Shown in pieces: positions 38,597 to 47,160 of a stretch of 64,000 bases of DNA (position 1 is its first letter; every line of letters begins with the position of its first letter). Source of the DNA: Candidatus Helarchaeota archaeon (lineage in GTDB: Archaea; Asgardarchaeota; Lokiarchaeia; Helarchaeales; RDOG01); assembly GCA_019058315.1 (NCBI GenBank), contig JAHPZH010000006.1:1-64000 (forward strand), in the 5' to 3' direction. The notes under the pieces were generated by a model. That model was given only the letters and a program-made list of their open reading frames with translations. It ran no database searches and was not told where the DNA came from. The translations under genes were made by a program, and so were the position numbers.

Positions 38597-40117
38597 ATGA
38601 TAGCTGCTATTTGGAATCAACGTTTAATAACAGCAGTGGAACGTGCTAGATTAGCTCATAATGTATTTTGTGCATATAATGCTAATATCGATGCAAAAGA
38701 ATATATTAATGCTCAAAAAATTCATGTGGCATTTTTAAAAGACCCTTATCTTGTAGATAGAGTAAAAGCTGCAGTTAAAAATCCTCCCGATGAAATTCGC
38801 TCACCTGCAGATTTTTTAGCAGGTCTATATTTAGCTATGAAAGAAGGAAAATCTTTACAATGGGAAATCCGGGAAAAAAATAGAGAAATGTTAGAATGGT
38901 TTGATGAATACTTTGAAAATCCTGATGAAACTCGTATGGGTGGACAAACTGGCATTATTGCTAATTTATTGTCTATTTTAGGAGTAGAAGCTATTGTTTA
39001 CCTACCATTATTATCAAAAAAACAAGCTGAAATTTTTAGAAAAGAGCGTATATTTGTTCCTGTTAATAAAAATGATGTTGCAGAATTTCTTCCAATCCAA
39101 GAAGCTTATCGTGAAAAAGATGATACAAAAATAAATTGGGTATTTGAATTTAGAGAAGGTGGTAAGTTTCCTGTTCCTATTGAAGATAATGAAATAATTA
39201 TTGCCCCTCGTACAAATAGGTTTATTGTGGCAAGTAGACCTCCAGGTTTGATTCCTGTATGTGACTCAAAGACTGAAATAATTCTACCACAAATTGGAGA
39301 ACGTGTCGATAGAGTTATTCTTGGTGGTTATCAATACCTACGTCAAAGATATCCTGATGGTAAGACTTGTTCTGATTATTTGGATATAATTACAAAGCAT
39401 CTATTAATGTTAAAATCTAAAAACCTTTTGTTAAGGCTTCATATGGAATTTGCAGGTATTCCAAACGAACATATTAGGAAAGACATTTTGCTTAAAATCT
39501 CTCCTCAAATAAATAGCCTGGGTCTAAATGAGGTAGAAATTTTAATGGCCCTTGAGATTCTAGAATGTGAAGATGAAATTGAAATGATTAAAGCGAATGA
39601 AAATGCTTATACATTATATTTGGGTATGCTAAAAATGGCAGAATTATTAGGTTTAGAAAGAATTCATCTTCATAATCTAGGTTATCATGTTTTATACCTT
39701 AATAAATGTTATCCAACTTCTGCTTATGCTGCTAGAAATGCATTACTTTATGCTTCTAATATTGGGGCCACAAGAGCTCTAATGGGAGACTTTTACTCTC
39801 GAAGACCTGTAAGTTATGAAATTGAAATTGGAAAAACAGTGAGTATATCTTATACAGGATTAAAACAGTTAGAATTTTTTGCTGATAAAATGCTCAAAGA
39901 AGGAGTTAAATTTGATAAAGATAAATTTATGGATGAAGGAATACTAGAATTTGATAAATATTATGTCATTATTGCTCCTGCTCAAATTGCACCTTATCCT
40001 CAGAGTACCGTCGGGATTGGGGATTCTGTTAGTGCAGCTGCATTTGTTGCAGATGAGGCCAGGGATCCTCATGGTGAGAAAGAACACTGTGTAAGTCCTG
40101 AAACTGAACATATTTAA
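38597..40117 (+). CDS. ADP-dependent phosphofructokinase/glucokinase
   Basis: AYNANIDA, RMGGQTGIIANLL, NRFIVASRP, HMEFA, SLGLNEVE, STVGIGDSVS. Confidence 0.93.
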   Translation: MIAAIWNQRLITAVERARLAHNVFCAYNANIDAKEYINAQKIHVAFLKDPYLVDRVKAAVKNPPDEIRSPADFLAGLYLAMKEGKSLQWEIREKNREMLEWFDEYFENPDETRMGGQTGIIANLLSILGVEAIVYLPLLSKKQAEIFRKERIFVPVNKNDVAEFLPIQEAYREKDDTKINWVFEFREGGKFPVPIEDNEIIIAPRTNRFIVASRPPGLIPVCDSKTEIILPQIGERVDRVILGGYQYLRQRYPDGKTCSDYLDIITKHLLMLKSKNLLLRLHMEFAGIPNEHIRKDILLKISPQINSLGLNEVEILMALEILECEDEIEMIKANENAYTLYLGMLKMAELLGLERIHLHNLGYHVLYLNKCYPTSAYAARNALLYASNIGATRALMGDFYSRRPVSYEIEIGKTVSISYTGLKQLEFFADKMLKEGVKFDKDKFMDEGILEFDKYYVIIAPAQIAPYPQSTVGIGDSVSAAAFVADEARDPHGEKEHCVSPETEHI

Positions 40118-40143
40118 CGTTATTTCTTGTTTTTATTTTATTT

Positions 40144-40788
40144 TTCCAATAGAAATTAAGGGGTCATTTATTTTTTATGTCAAATCTATTTGAGCTAATT
40201 TATTTTTTCCTAAAATTCTTATCAATTAACTCAATTTGATTTGAGTTAAATAATTTCTTTGGCCTGGAATTGACTTTACATTGTTTGTAAATACTTTAAA
40301 TTAATCATTCTAAAACTATTTACAAACATTTAATTTTTTGCTTAATTTGAAAAATTTTCAAAAGACTCCTTCATTTCCATTGGAATTTCACAATATCTAT
40401 TTACTTCTAATATTTAATCAATAAAAATTTATAAATTTATAAAGAAATTTTTACAGAGACTTTAAATATCCTTCTTATCCATAACTAACGACTCATATTA
40501 TTATCATAAATAAAAAGATAATAATTATATAGCTTAGCATATTATTATCAGTTCCAATGGAAAATAAGGGGTGTTAAAATCAATTTTTTTTTCTGGAAAT
40601 CTAATAAAAATGTTAGGACTAAAAGGAAAAAATAGAGAATTAAAATATAAATCAAATTTAAAATAGGTAAAATTTTGAGTTAATATTATTTTTAATAAAT
40701 GAAAGAGGATATAAAATCAGGTCTTATAACTTATAAAGTTCTTTATTTTTCTTACATAGATTTCATAACCCCTTCATTTCAACTGGAA
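40144..40788. other. Probable chromosomal replication origin (oriC): four ORBs in two inverted pairs flanking AT-rich spacers
   Basis: TTCCAATAGAAATTAAGGGGT (+40144-40164), TTCCAATGGAAATGAAGGAGT (-40365-40385), TTCCAATGGAAAATAAGGGGT (+40552-40572), TTCCAGTTGAAATGAAGGGGT (-40768-40788); match the archaeal ORB + G-string consensus; largest intergenic region in the window. Confidence 0.88.
40282..40328. promoter_or_regulatory. Dyad TGTTTGTAAATA-N23-TATTTACAAACA, copy 1 (inside the origin)
   Basis: Perfect 12-bp inverted repeat; same arms and spacing as the copy at 41006-41052. Confidence 0.75.
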
Positions 40789-41005
40789 CTTAAATATTAG
40801 TACCATTTAGATGATATCTAGGGACTATTAAATGGTCAGATCAAATCAAAAGAAATACGAAAAATTATATTATAGAACATTACAAAAAATTAATATAAAA
40901 TTTTTAATTTTTTTAAACAAATTTACAATTTATCAATTCATAAAAGGTCAATTTCAGGGTTAATAACTATAGAAAAAATTATTATCTATTAGAAATCAAA
41001 ATAAA

Positions 41006-41052
41006 TGTTTGTAAATAGAAGATCATAAATTATAAATTACTATTTACAAACA
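41006..41052. promoter_or_regulatory. Dyad TGTTTGTAAATA-N23-TATTTACAAACA, copy 2 (over the promoter of the 41063 gene)
   Basis: Perfect inverted repeat ending 10 nt before ATG 41063; brackets a TATA-like TTATAAA. Confidence 0.75.
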
Positions 41053-41062
41053 CATAATAAAT

Positions 41063-41458
41063 ATGGTTAAAGTTGAAAAATTAGGTATCATAATTAAAAA
41101 TGGAAAAAAAGTAATTGATGAAAACAATAGAAAGTTCAAAAATGAAATGAAAATACATAATGAAACATTAAAGGAGAATCAAAATTTATTTTTACGTGAT
41201 ACTTATGTGAAGAGGGGAAAAAAAATCTATAAATATTGGTATAGATATGAGTGGGATCCTATAAAAAAAAGAACAGTCCATAAATATATTGGAAAAGCGA
41301 AACCTAATGAAGAAGTTCCGGATCCTCCAATAAATCCATTATACGACCTTAATTTTAAAGAAATAAAAGGGACAAATGATATCATTTTATTATTAAAAGA
41401 TTACGAGCAGTATAAAGAATATTTTAAAGAATGTAAAATACAATACATAATAAAATAA
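41063..41458 (+). CDS. Small basic origin-adjacent protein, putative beta-sheet DNA-binding protein
   Basis: RGKKIYKYWYRYEWD...KRTVHKYIGKAKP...PDPPINPL; aromatic/basic three-stranded sheet motif. Confidence 0.65.
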   Translation: MVKVEKLGIIIKNGKKVIDENNRKFKNEMKIHNETLKENQNLFLRDTYVKRGKKIYKYWYRYEWDPIKKRTVHKYIGKAKPNEEVPDPPINPLYDLNFKEIKGTNDIILLLKDYEQYKEYFKECKIQYIIK

Positions 41459-41500
41459 ACATATTAAAGGTATTATTTAGAATAGAAAACTATATAGAGA

Positions 41501-42274
41501 CTAATTTAATTCAGATAATATACTATCAACTATCTCTAAGGCGTCTTCTTTTTTCAAATTCTTTATAAAATGTAAAGTTATTGCAATACCTATTGGAATA
41601 GCTATAAGACTTGCTATTAGAACATAATCTGATAAATTGTCTTTATTTATAAGTAGAGGTAGTAAAGATTGTAAAATTTGTATAGGCCCATTATCCGGTT
41701 TTTGGAAAGTACAGGGCTCAACTGTATAGCTATATTCAATTGAACATTGGTATTCTTCAACCCAAATAAAATCCAATAAAATATCTGACCATTCTAAAAT
41801 TTCTGTTATTAACAAACACTCCCATTTAATAAGAGTTCCGGCGTTTTGATTAGGAATAGTTCCATTATAGATATAATCGTACTCAGGAGTAGTATTGTTA
41901 ATCTTAAGATCCATTGCAATCTCATTTCTTATCGTCCAATTATCATTGGTCCATCTTAGATTTACCCCAACAACTCTCCGGCTAGCCTCTAGAGGCGGAG
42001 GGTCTTCTGGGAACCATAAAATATGATCTACTTTGATATATGTAGTAATATTTACGGAATCATTAAAAAATACGGTGGTTTTATTTGGATTTTGAGTAAT
42101 ATTTGTAAAATAAATATCATTGAGAGAGTTTAATTGTGGAACTTTTAATAAATTAGGATTAAGCAAAAGTGATAAATTAGGGGTATTTTTTGGAGGAAAA
42201 CAACTTAAAGGTAATATGATTATTGATATGAGGCAGATAAAAAAGAACTTTTTTATTACCTTTTGTTTCCCCAA
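41501..42274 (-). CDS. Secreted/surface protein with N-terminal signal and C-terminal TM anchor
   Basis: Hydrophobic termini; Ig-like beta-rich middle with many N-x-S/T sequons. Confidence 0.65.
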   Translation of the reverse strand: MGKQKVIKKFFFICLISIIILPLSCFPPKNTPNLSLLLNPNLLKVPQLNSLNDIYFTNITQNPNKTTVFFNDSVNITTYIKVDHILWFPEDPPPLEASRRVVGVNLRWTNDNWTIRNEIAMDLKINNTTPEYDYIYNGTIPNQNAGTLIKWECLLITEILEWSDILLDFIWVEEYQCSIEYSYTVEPCTFQKPDNGPIQILQSLLPLLINKDNLSDYVLIASLIAIPIGIAITLHFIKNLKKEDALEIVDSILSELN

Positions 42275-42449
42275 CAGGTTACATCATCTCCTTTAGCTAG
42301 CAATATTCTCTTACCTCAAAAAATAGTTTGAATTAATATAAGAATATTACATAGAATCCTATATATTTATGATTCTCTAAAAACTTAAAATTACTCATAT
42401 TTAACTGTCAATGTTAAAACATAAAAATTAATTAGACCACTTTTAATTT

Positions 42450-43865
42450 ATGGAAAAGAAAAATCTTTCTGACAAAAATATATTTATTTTTGATCTAGAC
42501 GGGGTAATATATTTAGGGAATCAAATAGTTCCTGGAGCACTTGAAGTAATTAATAAATTAGAGAAATTCGGGAAAAAGATTTATTATCTTACAAACAATT
42601 CAACAAAGACTAGGGAGGATTATGTTAAAAAATTAGAAAAGATGGGGATAAAATCAAAAATTGAGAACATAATAACAAGTGCTTATGCAGCAGCTTTATA
42701 TTTAAAGAATAAAGAAATAAGGAAGAAAAGTAAAGCAAGTGTTTTTGTTATTGGGGAAAATGGTATTGTATCAGAATTAGAAAAAATGGAGTTTAAAGTC
42801 TATACAGAATTTAAAGAAGATTTAAAAATTGATTATGTTGTAGTTGGGTTAGATAGCAATTTTCATTATAATAAATTATCCGGTGGATTGTATTATATTT
42901 CAAAAGGTGCTGAATTCATAGCAACTAACGCGGATCCTACACTTCCAACCGAAAAATATGCTTTACCAGGAGCAGGAACTATGGTCTCTGCATTAGAAAC
43001 ATGCACAAATAAAAAACCTTCAATTATTATTGGAAAACCAAATCCTTACACAATAGAATCTATTTTAAAGAAAGAGAAAGCCAAAGCCAAAGACGCAGTA
43101 ATGGTTGGAGATAGAATTTCAACGGATATTTTAGCAGGTAAAAATGCCAATACAACTACAATCTTCGTAAAAACTGGAGCAGGAGAAAATGAAGCTAGTA
43201 AAATTCATTCTGAAAATATTTTTCCCGATTTAACATTAAAATCAGTAAAAGGTCTCCTCCCATTATTGGAAAAAGAAAAAATCGAAACAACAATGAGAAT
43301 CGCAAAACCAACAAAATTTTATTTTTTTCTAGAAAATTTTGCAAAATATACAGCTTTTCAAAGGATGGAAATGATCAATTTATTCAGACGAATATTAAAA
43401 GAGCAAGAATTTATATTAAAGAATTATAAGCAAGATTTTTTGCAAGTGTGGAAAAATTGGGTTGAAGAATATGGTGGAGCAGAAGTCGCAGATTTTTTTG
43501 TAAATAATTGTGATGAACTCATTTTAAAATGGTTAACTGTGATATTTCCATTTAGGAAAGAGGATTTTAAGATACTTATCAAGAAGGGAGGAACTAATGT
43601 AGATGTTGTTTTAGACATTTCGTATTTTTTTATGGAAAAAGAAATAAGTTTTATAGACTTTTTAATTAAAGAATTTGATATTGAAGAGGTTACAGCTCAA
43701 GTAGCATTAATTAGAACGTTAGCAGAAACAATTTTAATTTTTTGTCAAATATGGAATGAAATAAGTGGATATGATTTTACTATAATGCCTGAAGAGGAAA
43801 AAACAGATAAAAAGGGTAAAGGAATTGTGTTTAATATGCTTTTTACTCTAAGACCCTCTTTTTAA
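42450..43865 (+). CDS. HAD-IIA (NagD-like) phosphatase with ~190-aa C-terminal extension
   Basis: FDLDGVIY, LTNNS, ATNAD, IGKPN, VGDRISTD. Confidence 0.88.
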   Translation: MEKKNLSDKNIFIFDLDGVIYLGNQIVPGALEVINKLEKFGKKIYYLTNNSTKTREDYVKKLEKMGIKSKIENIITSAYAAALYLKNKEIRKKSKASVFVIGENGIVSELEKMEFKVYTEFKEDLKIDYVVVGLDSNFHYNKLSGGLYYISKGAEFIATNADPTLPTEKYALPGAGTMVSALETCTNKKPSIIIGKPNPYTIESILKKEKAKAKDAVMVGDRISTDILAGKNANTTTIFVKTGAGENEASKIHSENIFPDLTLKSVKGLLPLLEKEKIETTMRIAKPTKFYFFLENFAKYTAFQRMEMINLFRRILKEQEFILKNYKQDFLQVWKNWVEEYGGAEVADFFVNNCDELILKWLTVIFPFRKEDFKILIKKGGTNVDVVLDISYFFMEKEISFIDFLIKEFDIEEVTAQVALIRTLAETILIFCQIWNEISGYDFTIMPEEEKTDKKGKGIVFNMLFTLRPSF

Positions 43866-43955
43866 TCTACGTTAAATTATTTTGGTTTATAATTAAATTT
43901 TCGTGTAGTTTAATTATAAAAGTCTAAAAGTGTAGGGCGGAAAGGTGTAAAATCG

Positions 43956-44555
43956 ATGATAATTGATTTTGGATCTAAGACAATTCAAAGTAAAATTGTA
44001 TTTTATGGCCCTGCAATGAGTGGTAAGACGACAGCACTTAAATATCTTTTTAATAAATTTAATGGAGAATTAATCTCGATAACTACTAGCCATTTAGAGA
44101 AGCCTAGAACCTTATTTTATGATTATGGTTGTATAGATCTTAAATTCGGAGTTTGGAAATTAAAACTCAATTTATGGACCGCTACTGGTCAAGATTTTTA
44201 TTGTGCTACTCGAAGTACGGTATTACAAGGAGTTGATGGAATAATATTCGTCGCTGATTCTCGAAGAGAAATATTAGATGAAAACAAAAGAAGTTGGAGT
44301 GAATTAGTTGAATATTTTGGTGATAAGCTCGTAAATATAATACCTATAATTGTATGTTTAAATAAACAGGATCTTGAAAATTTAACACCTGAGGACTTAT
44401 TTAAAGAGTATTTAGATTTGAAAGAAAATGTAGAAATAATTAAAATGATAGCAATTAGGGGAGAAAAGGTATATGATGCATTTACAAGGATATTCAAAAA
44501 TATATTTTCAGTTCATAGTAACATAAAAGATACTATAAGTCATCAATTAAAATGA
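43956..44555 (+). CDS. MglA-like small GTPase
   Basis: KIVFYGPAMSGKTT, RTLFYDY, TATGQ, GVDGIIFVADS, NKQDL. Confidence 0.88.
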   Translation: MIIDFGSKTIQSKIVFYGPAMSGKTTALKYLFNKFNGELISITTSHLEKPRTLFYDYGCIDLKFGVWKLKLNLWTATGQDFYCATRSTVLQGVDGIIFVADSRREILDENKRSWSELVEYFGDKLVNIIPIIVCLNKQDLENLTPEDLFKEYLDLKENVEIIKMIAIRGEKVYDAFTRIFKNIFSVHSNIKDTISHQLK

Positions 44556-44595
44556 AAATAATATAAAAAATAAAAAAAAGATTAGAAGAACATAA

Positions 44596-44862
44596 TTATT
44601 GAATTATTTTATAATAGATTAGAGGTCGACCTCGCTTTTTAGTTGAAACTGGAAATTTTTCGATTTTGTTATCACGAACAAATTCGATAATATAATCATA
44701 TAACGTCGTTCGTGGTATGTTTGTTAATTTACTTAATTCTCCTCTTGTAATAGGCCCCTTATCTCTAATTAGTTGATATAGAAAATTTTCTAATTTTACG
44801 TCAGAATCTAATATCCATCGTCCCCTAACCTTTTTGGGTATAGTTTCATCGAATGAACTCAT
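44596..44862 (-). CDS. Small winged-helix DNA-binding protein
   Basis: GPITRGELSKLTNIPRTTLYD...KRGRPLIYY; SD AGGAG upstream. Confidence 0.85.
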   Translation of the reverse strand: MSSFDETIPKKVRGRWILDSDVKLENFLYQLIRDKGPITRGELSKLTNIPRTTLYDYIIEFVRDNKIEKFPVSTKKRGRPLIYYKIIQ

Positions 44863-45176
44863 TTTGGTATCTCCTTTGTATTTAATTATAAATTTTTTTT
44901 GATAAAATTATCAATTTTTCTATATATAAATTTTTTGGGTTTAGAGCGAAAAATAAGGAAATTCTCATGATGATCAAATCATAAAAAATAGAATTTTTGG
45001 TTTGGATAAAATAGAGATTTGTATAAATAATTATTTGAAGAAATATTCATGAAATCGAAAATATAATACATATTAACAATTTCACAAATTTACAAATTCA
45101 CTTTTTTGTGAATCACAAAAAATAAAGCCGACAAAAATCTTCTTTTTTAAAAAGAGACGAGTTTTCTTAATTTCTT

Positions 45177-45374
45177 ATTCATTCACATGTTCACAAATTG
45201 TAAAGCTTGATCTAATAATTTTTAAAATTACAAGAAAATTTTCCACAAGAAATAAGGGGGTCCAATTTTACATATGTGAAATTATATTTTTTTAGATTTT
45301 AATTAAAAAACTCTTAATGTAGGCAAACATAAAAAATCTTATTCATTGTGAATAAGTTGAATATGTGAATGAAT
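45177..45374. repeat. 17-bp inverted repeat (one mismatch) bracketing the isolated ORB, with further TTCACA/TGTGAA motifs nearby
   Basis: ATTCATTCACATGTTCA (45177-45193) versus TGAATATGTGAATGAAT (45358-45374). Confidence 0.6.
45241..45261 (+). promoter_or_regulatory. Isolated ORB with G-string
   Basis: TTCCACAAGAAATAAGGGGGT, same pattern as the four origin ORBs. Confidence 0.65.
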
Positions 45375-45381
45375 GAAAATG

Positions 45382-47148
45382 TTAAGTTCTTCGCTTGAAC
45401 TTTTTTTCTAGAAAAGATTTACTGAATGAAATTATCGTAGGTCTGCCATGAGGACAAGAAAATGGATCATCACAATTCTTTAAATTATTAATTAATTGTT
45501 CTATCCTTTTTTGTGATAAATCCTGTCCCGCGCGTATAGAAGAATGGCATGCCATAGTCTTAAACATTAAATCTTGAATATGACTATGAAATTCTTCTTT
45601 ACCAATATTTAATTCATCTAAAAATTCGGTTATTACTTTTTGATTTAAAATTTTTCCAAAAACTACAGGAACACTTCGAATTATAAAGGTATTTCCCCCA
45701 AAATGCTTAATATCAAAACCGAAATTTGCTAATTTTTCTAAATTTTGAGAATTTTGTAAAAAAATAGTTTCTTTTTGAGGGATATCAAATGTTATAGGAT
45801 TTAGTAAAAGTTGTGATTTAGTAAATTTACCAGCATTTTTTACTATTTTTTCATATTGTATTCGTTCAGCAGCTGCGTGTTGATCTATAAGATATAAATT
45901 TTCATCATCTTGAGTCGCAATATAAGTATTATGAAATTGTCCTATTAAGTACATTGAAGGAAAATGAGTTTTTTTAGAAGGAATAAATGTTCGTGGTTTC
46001 GTTTTATCGATAATTTGATTACTTTGAACCAATGAGTCTAAAGTTTTAGCCTTTGGAAAGTATGACTTAGATTCAGCTAATTTTTTCTTTCGTACCTTTG
46101 GTGTTTTTAGAACAGGAATAATTTTAGATTTTTGTAATTTTTGAGATATTACATCATAGACCGATTGATAAATTAGATCCTCATTTAAAAATCGAATTTC
46201 TTTTTTTGTAGGATGAATATTAACATCTATTTTTTCAGGATTAATAAGAATCGAGAGAATTACAATTGGGTGGCGTTTTTTTGGAATTAAATTACCATAT
46301 GCATCTTCTAATGCTCTGCTAATTAAATTAGATCTTATATTTCGATTATTTACAAATATTGCTTGATAATCTCGATTAACTTTTGAAATTGTGGGTTTAC
46401 TAATAAAGCCGTAAATTTGAATTTCATTTTCAAATTTAATAGGAATCATTTCTTTAGCTATTTCTTTACCATAAATATAAGCGATATTTTCCAGATAAGA
46501 CAAATTAGTTATTTTTTCTGAACTTTTTGGTGAAAATAAAATATTTTTATTATTATGAAACAGATTAAATGAAATAGAAGGGAAAATCAAAGCATATTTA
46601 CTGATAACATCTGTAATACGGTTTAATTCAGTTTCAGTTGATTTTAAATATTTTCTCCTTGCGGGTAAATTAAAAAATAAATCTCTAACAGAAATACTTG
46701 TTCCTTTATTACATCCAATTTCACTTTTCTCTTCAATGGTTCCCGCTTTTATAATAATTTTTATTCCAACATCTTTATCTTTAGTTTTTGTAATAATTTC
46801 AAGTAAAGATACTGCAGCTATACTCGAAAGGGCTTCACCTCTAAAACCAAAAGTTTTTAATGATTTCAAATCAGAAATGGCTTCAATTTTACTAGTAGCG
46901 TATCTTTCAACTGATAAAACAGCATCATCTCTAGACATTCCTTCCCCATCATCAGTAACCTCAATTAATTTTTTTCCTCCTTCATTTATTTTAACTATAA
47001 TGGATAAAGCACCTGCATCAATTGAGTTTTCAATTAATTCTTTAACTACAGATGCAGGGCGTTCAATAACTTCTCCTGCAGCAATTTTATTTCTTAAATT
47101 TTCATCTAAGACGTGAATTTTCGTTCCCATAATAGTACCTAACTCCAA
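45382..47148 (-). CDS. mutL: DNA mismatch repair endonuclease MutL
   Basis: IAAGEVIERPASVVKELIENSIDAG, GFRGEAL, DVNIHPTK, DQHAAAERIQYE, ACH, CPHGRP. Confidence 0.97.
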   Translation of the reverse strand: MELGTIMGTKIHVLDENLRNKIAAGEVIERPASVVKELIENSIDAGALSIIVKINEGGKKLIEVTDDGEGMSRDDAVLSVERYATSKIEAISDLKSLKTFGFRGEALSSIAAVSLLEIITKTKDKDVGIKIIIKAGTIEEKSEIGCNKGTSISVRDLFFNLPARRKYLKSTETELNRITDVISKYALIFPSISFNLFHNNKNILFSPKSSEKITNLSYLENIAYIYGKEIAKEMIPIKFENEIQIYGFISKPTISKVNRDYQAIFVNNRNIRSNLISRALEDAYGNLIPKKRHPIVILSILINPEKIDVNIHPTKKEIRFLNEDLIYQSVYDVISQKLQKSKIIPVLKTPKVRKKKLAESKSYFPKAKTLDSLVQSNQIIDKTKPRTFIPSKKTHFPSMYLIGQFHNTYIATQDDENLYLIDQHAAAERIQYEKIVKNAGKFTKSQLLLNPITFDIPQKETIFLQNSQNLEKLANFGFDIKHFGGNTFIIRSVPVVFGKILNQKVITEFLDELNIGKEEFHSHIQDLMFKTMACHSSIRAGQDLSQKRIEQLINNLKNCDDPFSCPHGRPTIISFSKSFLEKKFKRRT

Positions 47149-47160
47149 TTACAATCCATT

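Noticed and set aside
40282-40328. Resemblance of the dyad arms to eukaryotic Forkhead sites (RYAAAYA)
   Set aside because: Short AT-rich consensus matches easily in this genome; no Forkhead-like gene seen
40118-41062. CRISPR array in the long intergenic region
   Set aside because: Repeats alternate in orientation about 200 nt apart and match ORBs; no regular repeat-spacer period and no cas genes
45177-45374. MITE interpretation of the 17-bp inverted repeat
   Set aside because: No target-site duplication, no second copy and no transposase in the window; the internal ORB favours a regulatory or origin role
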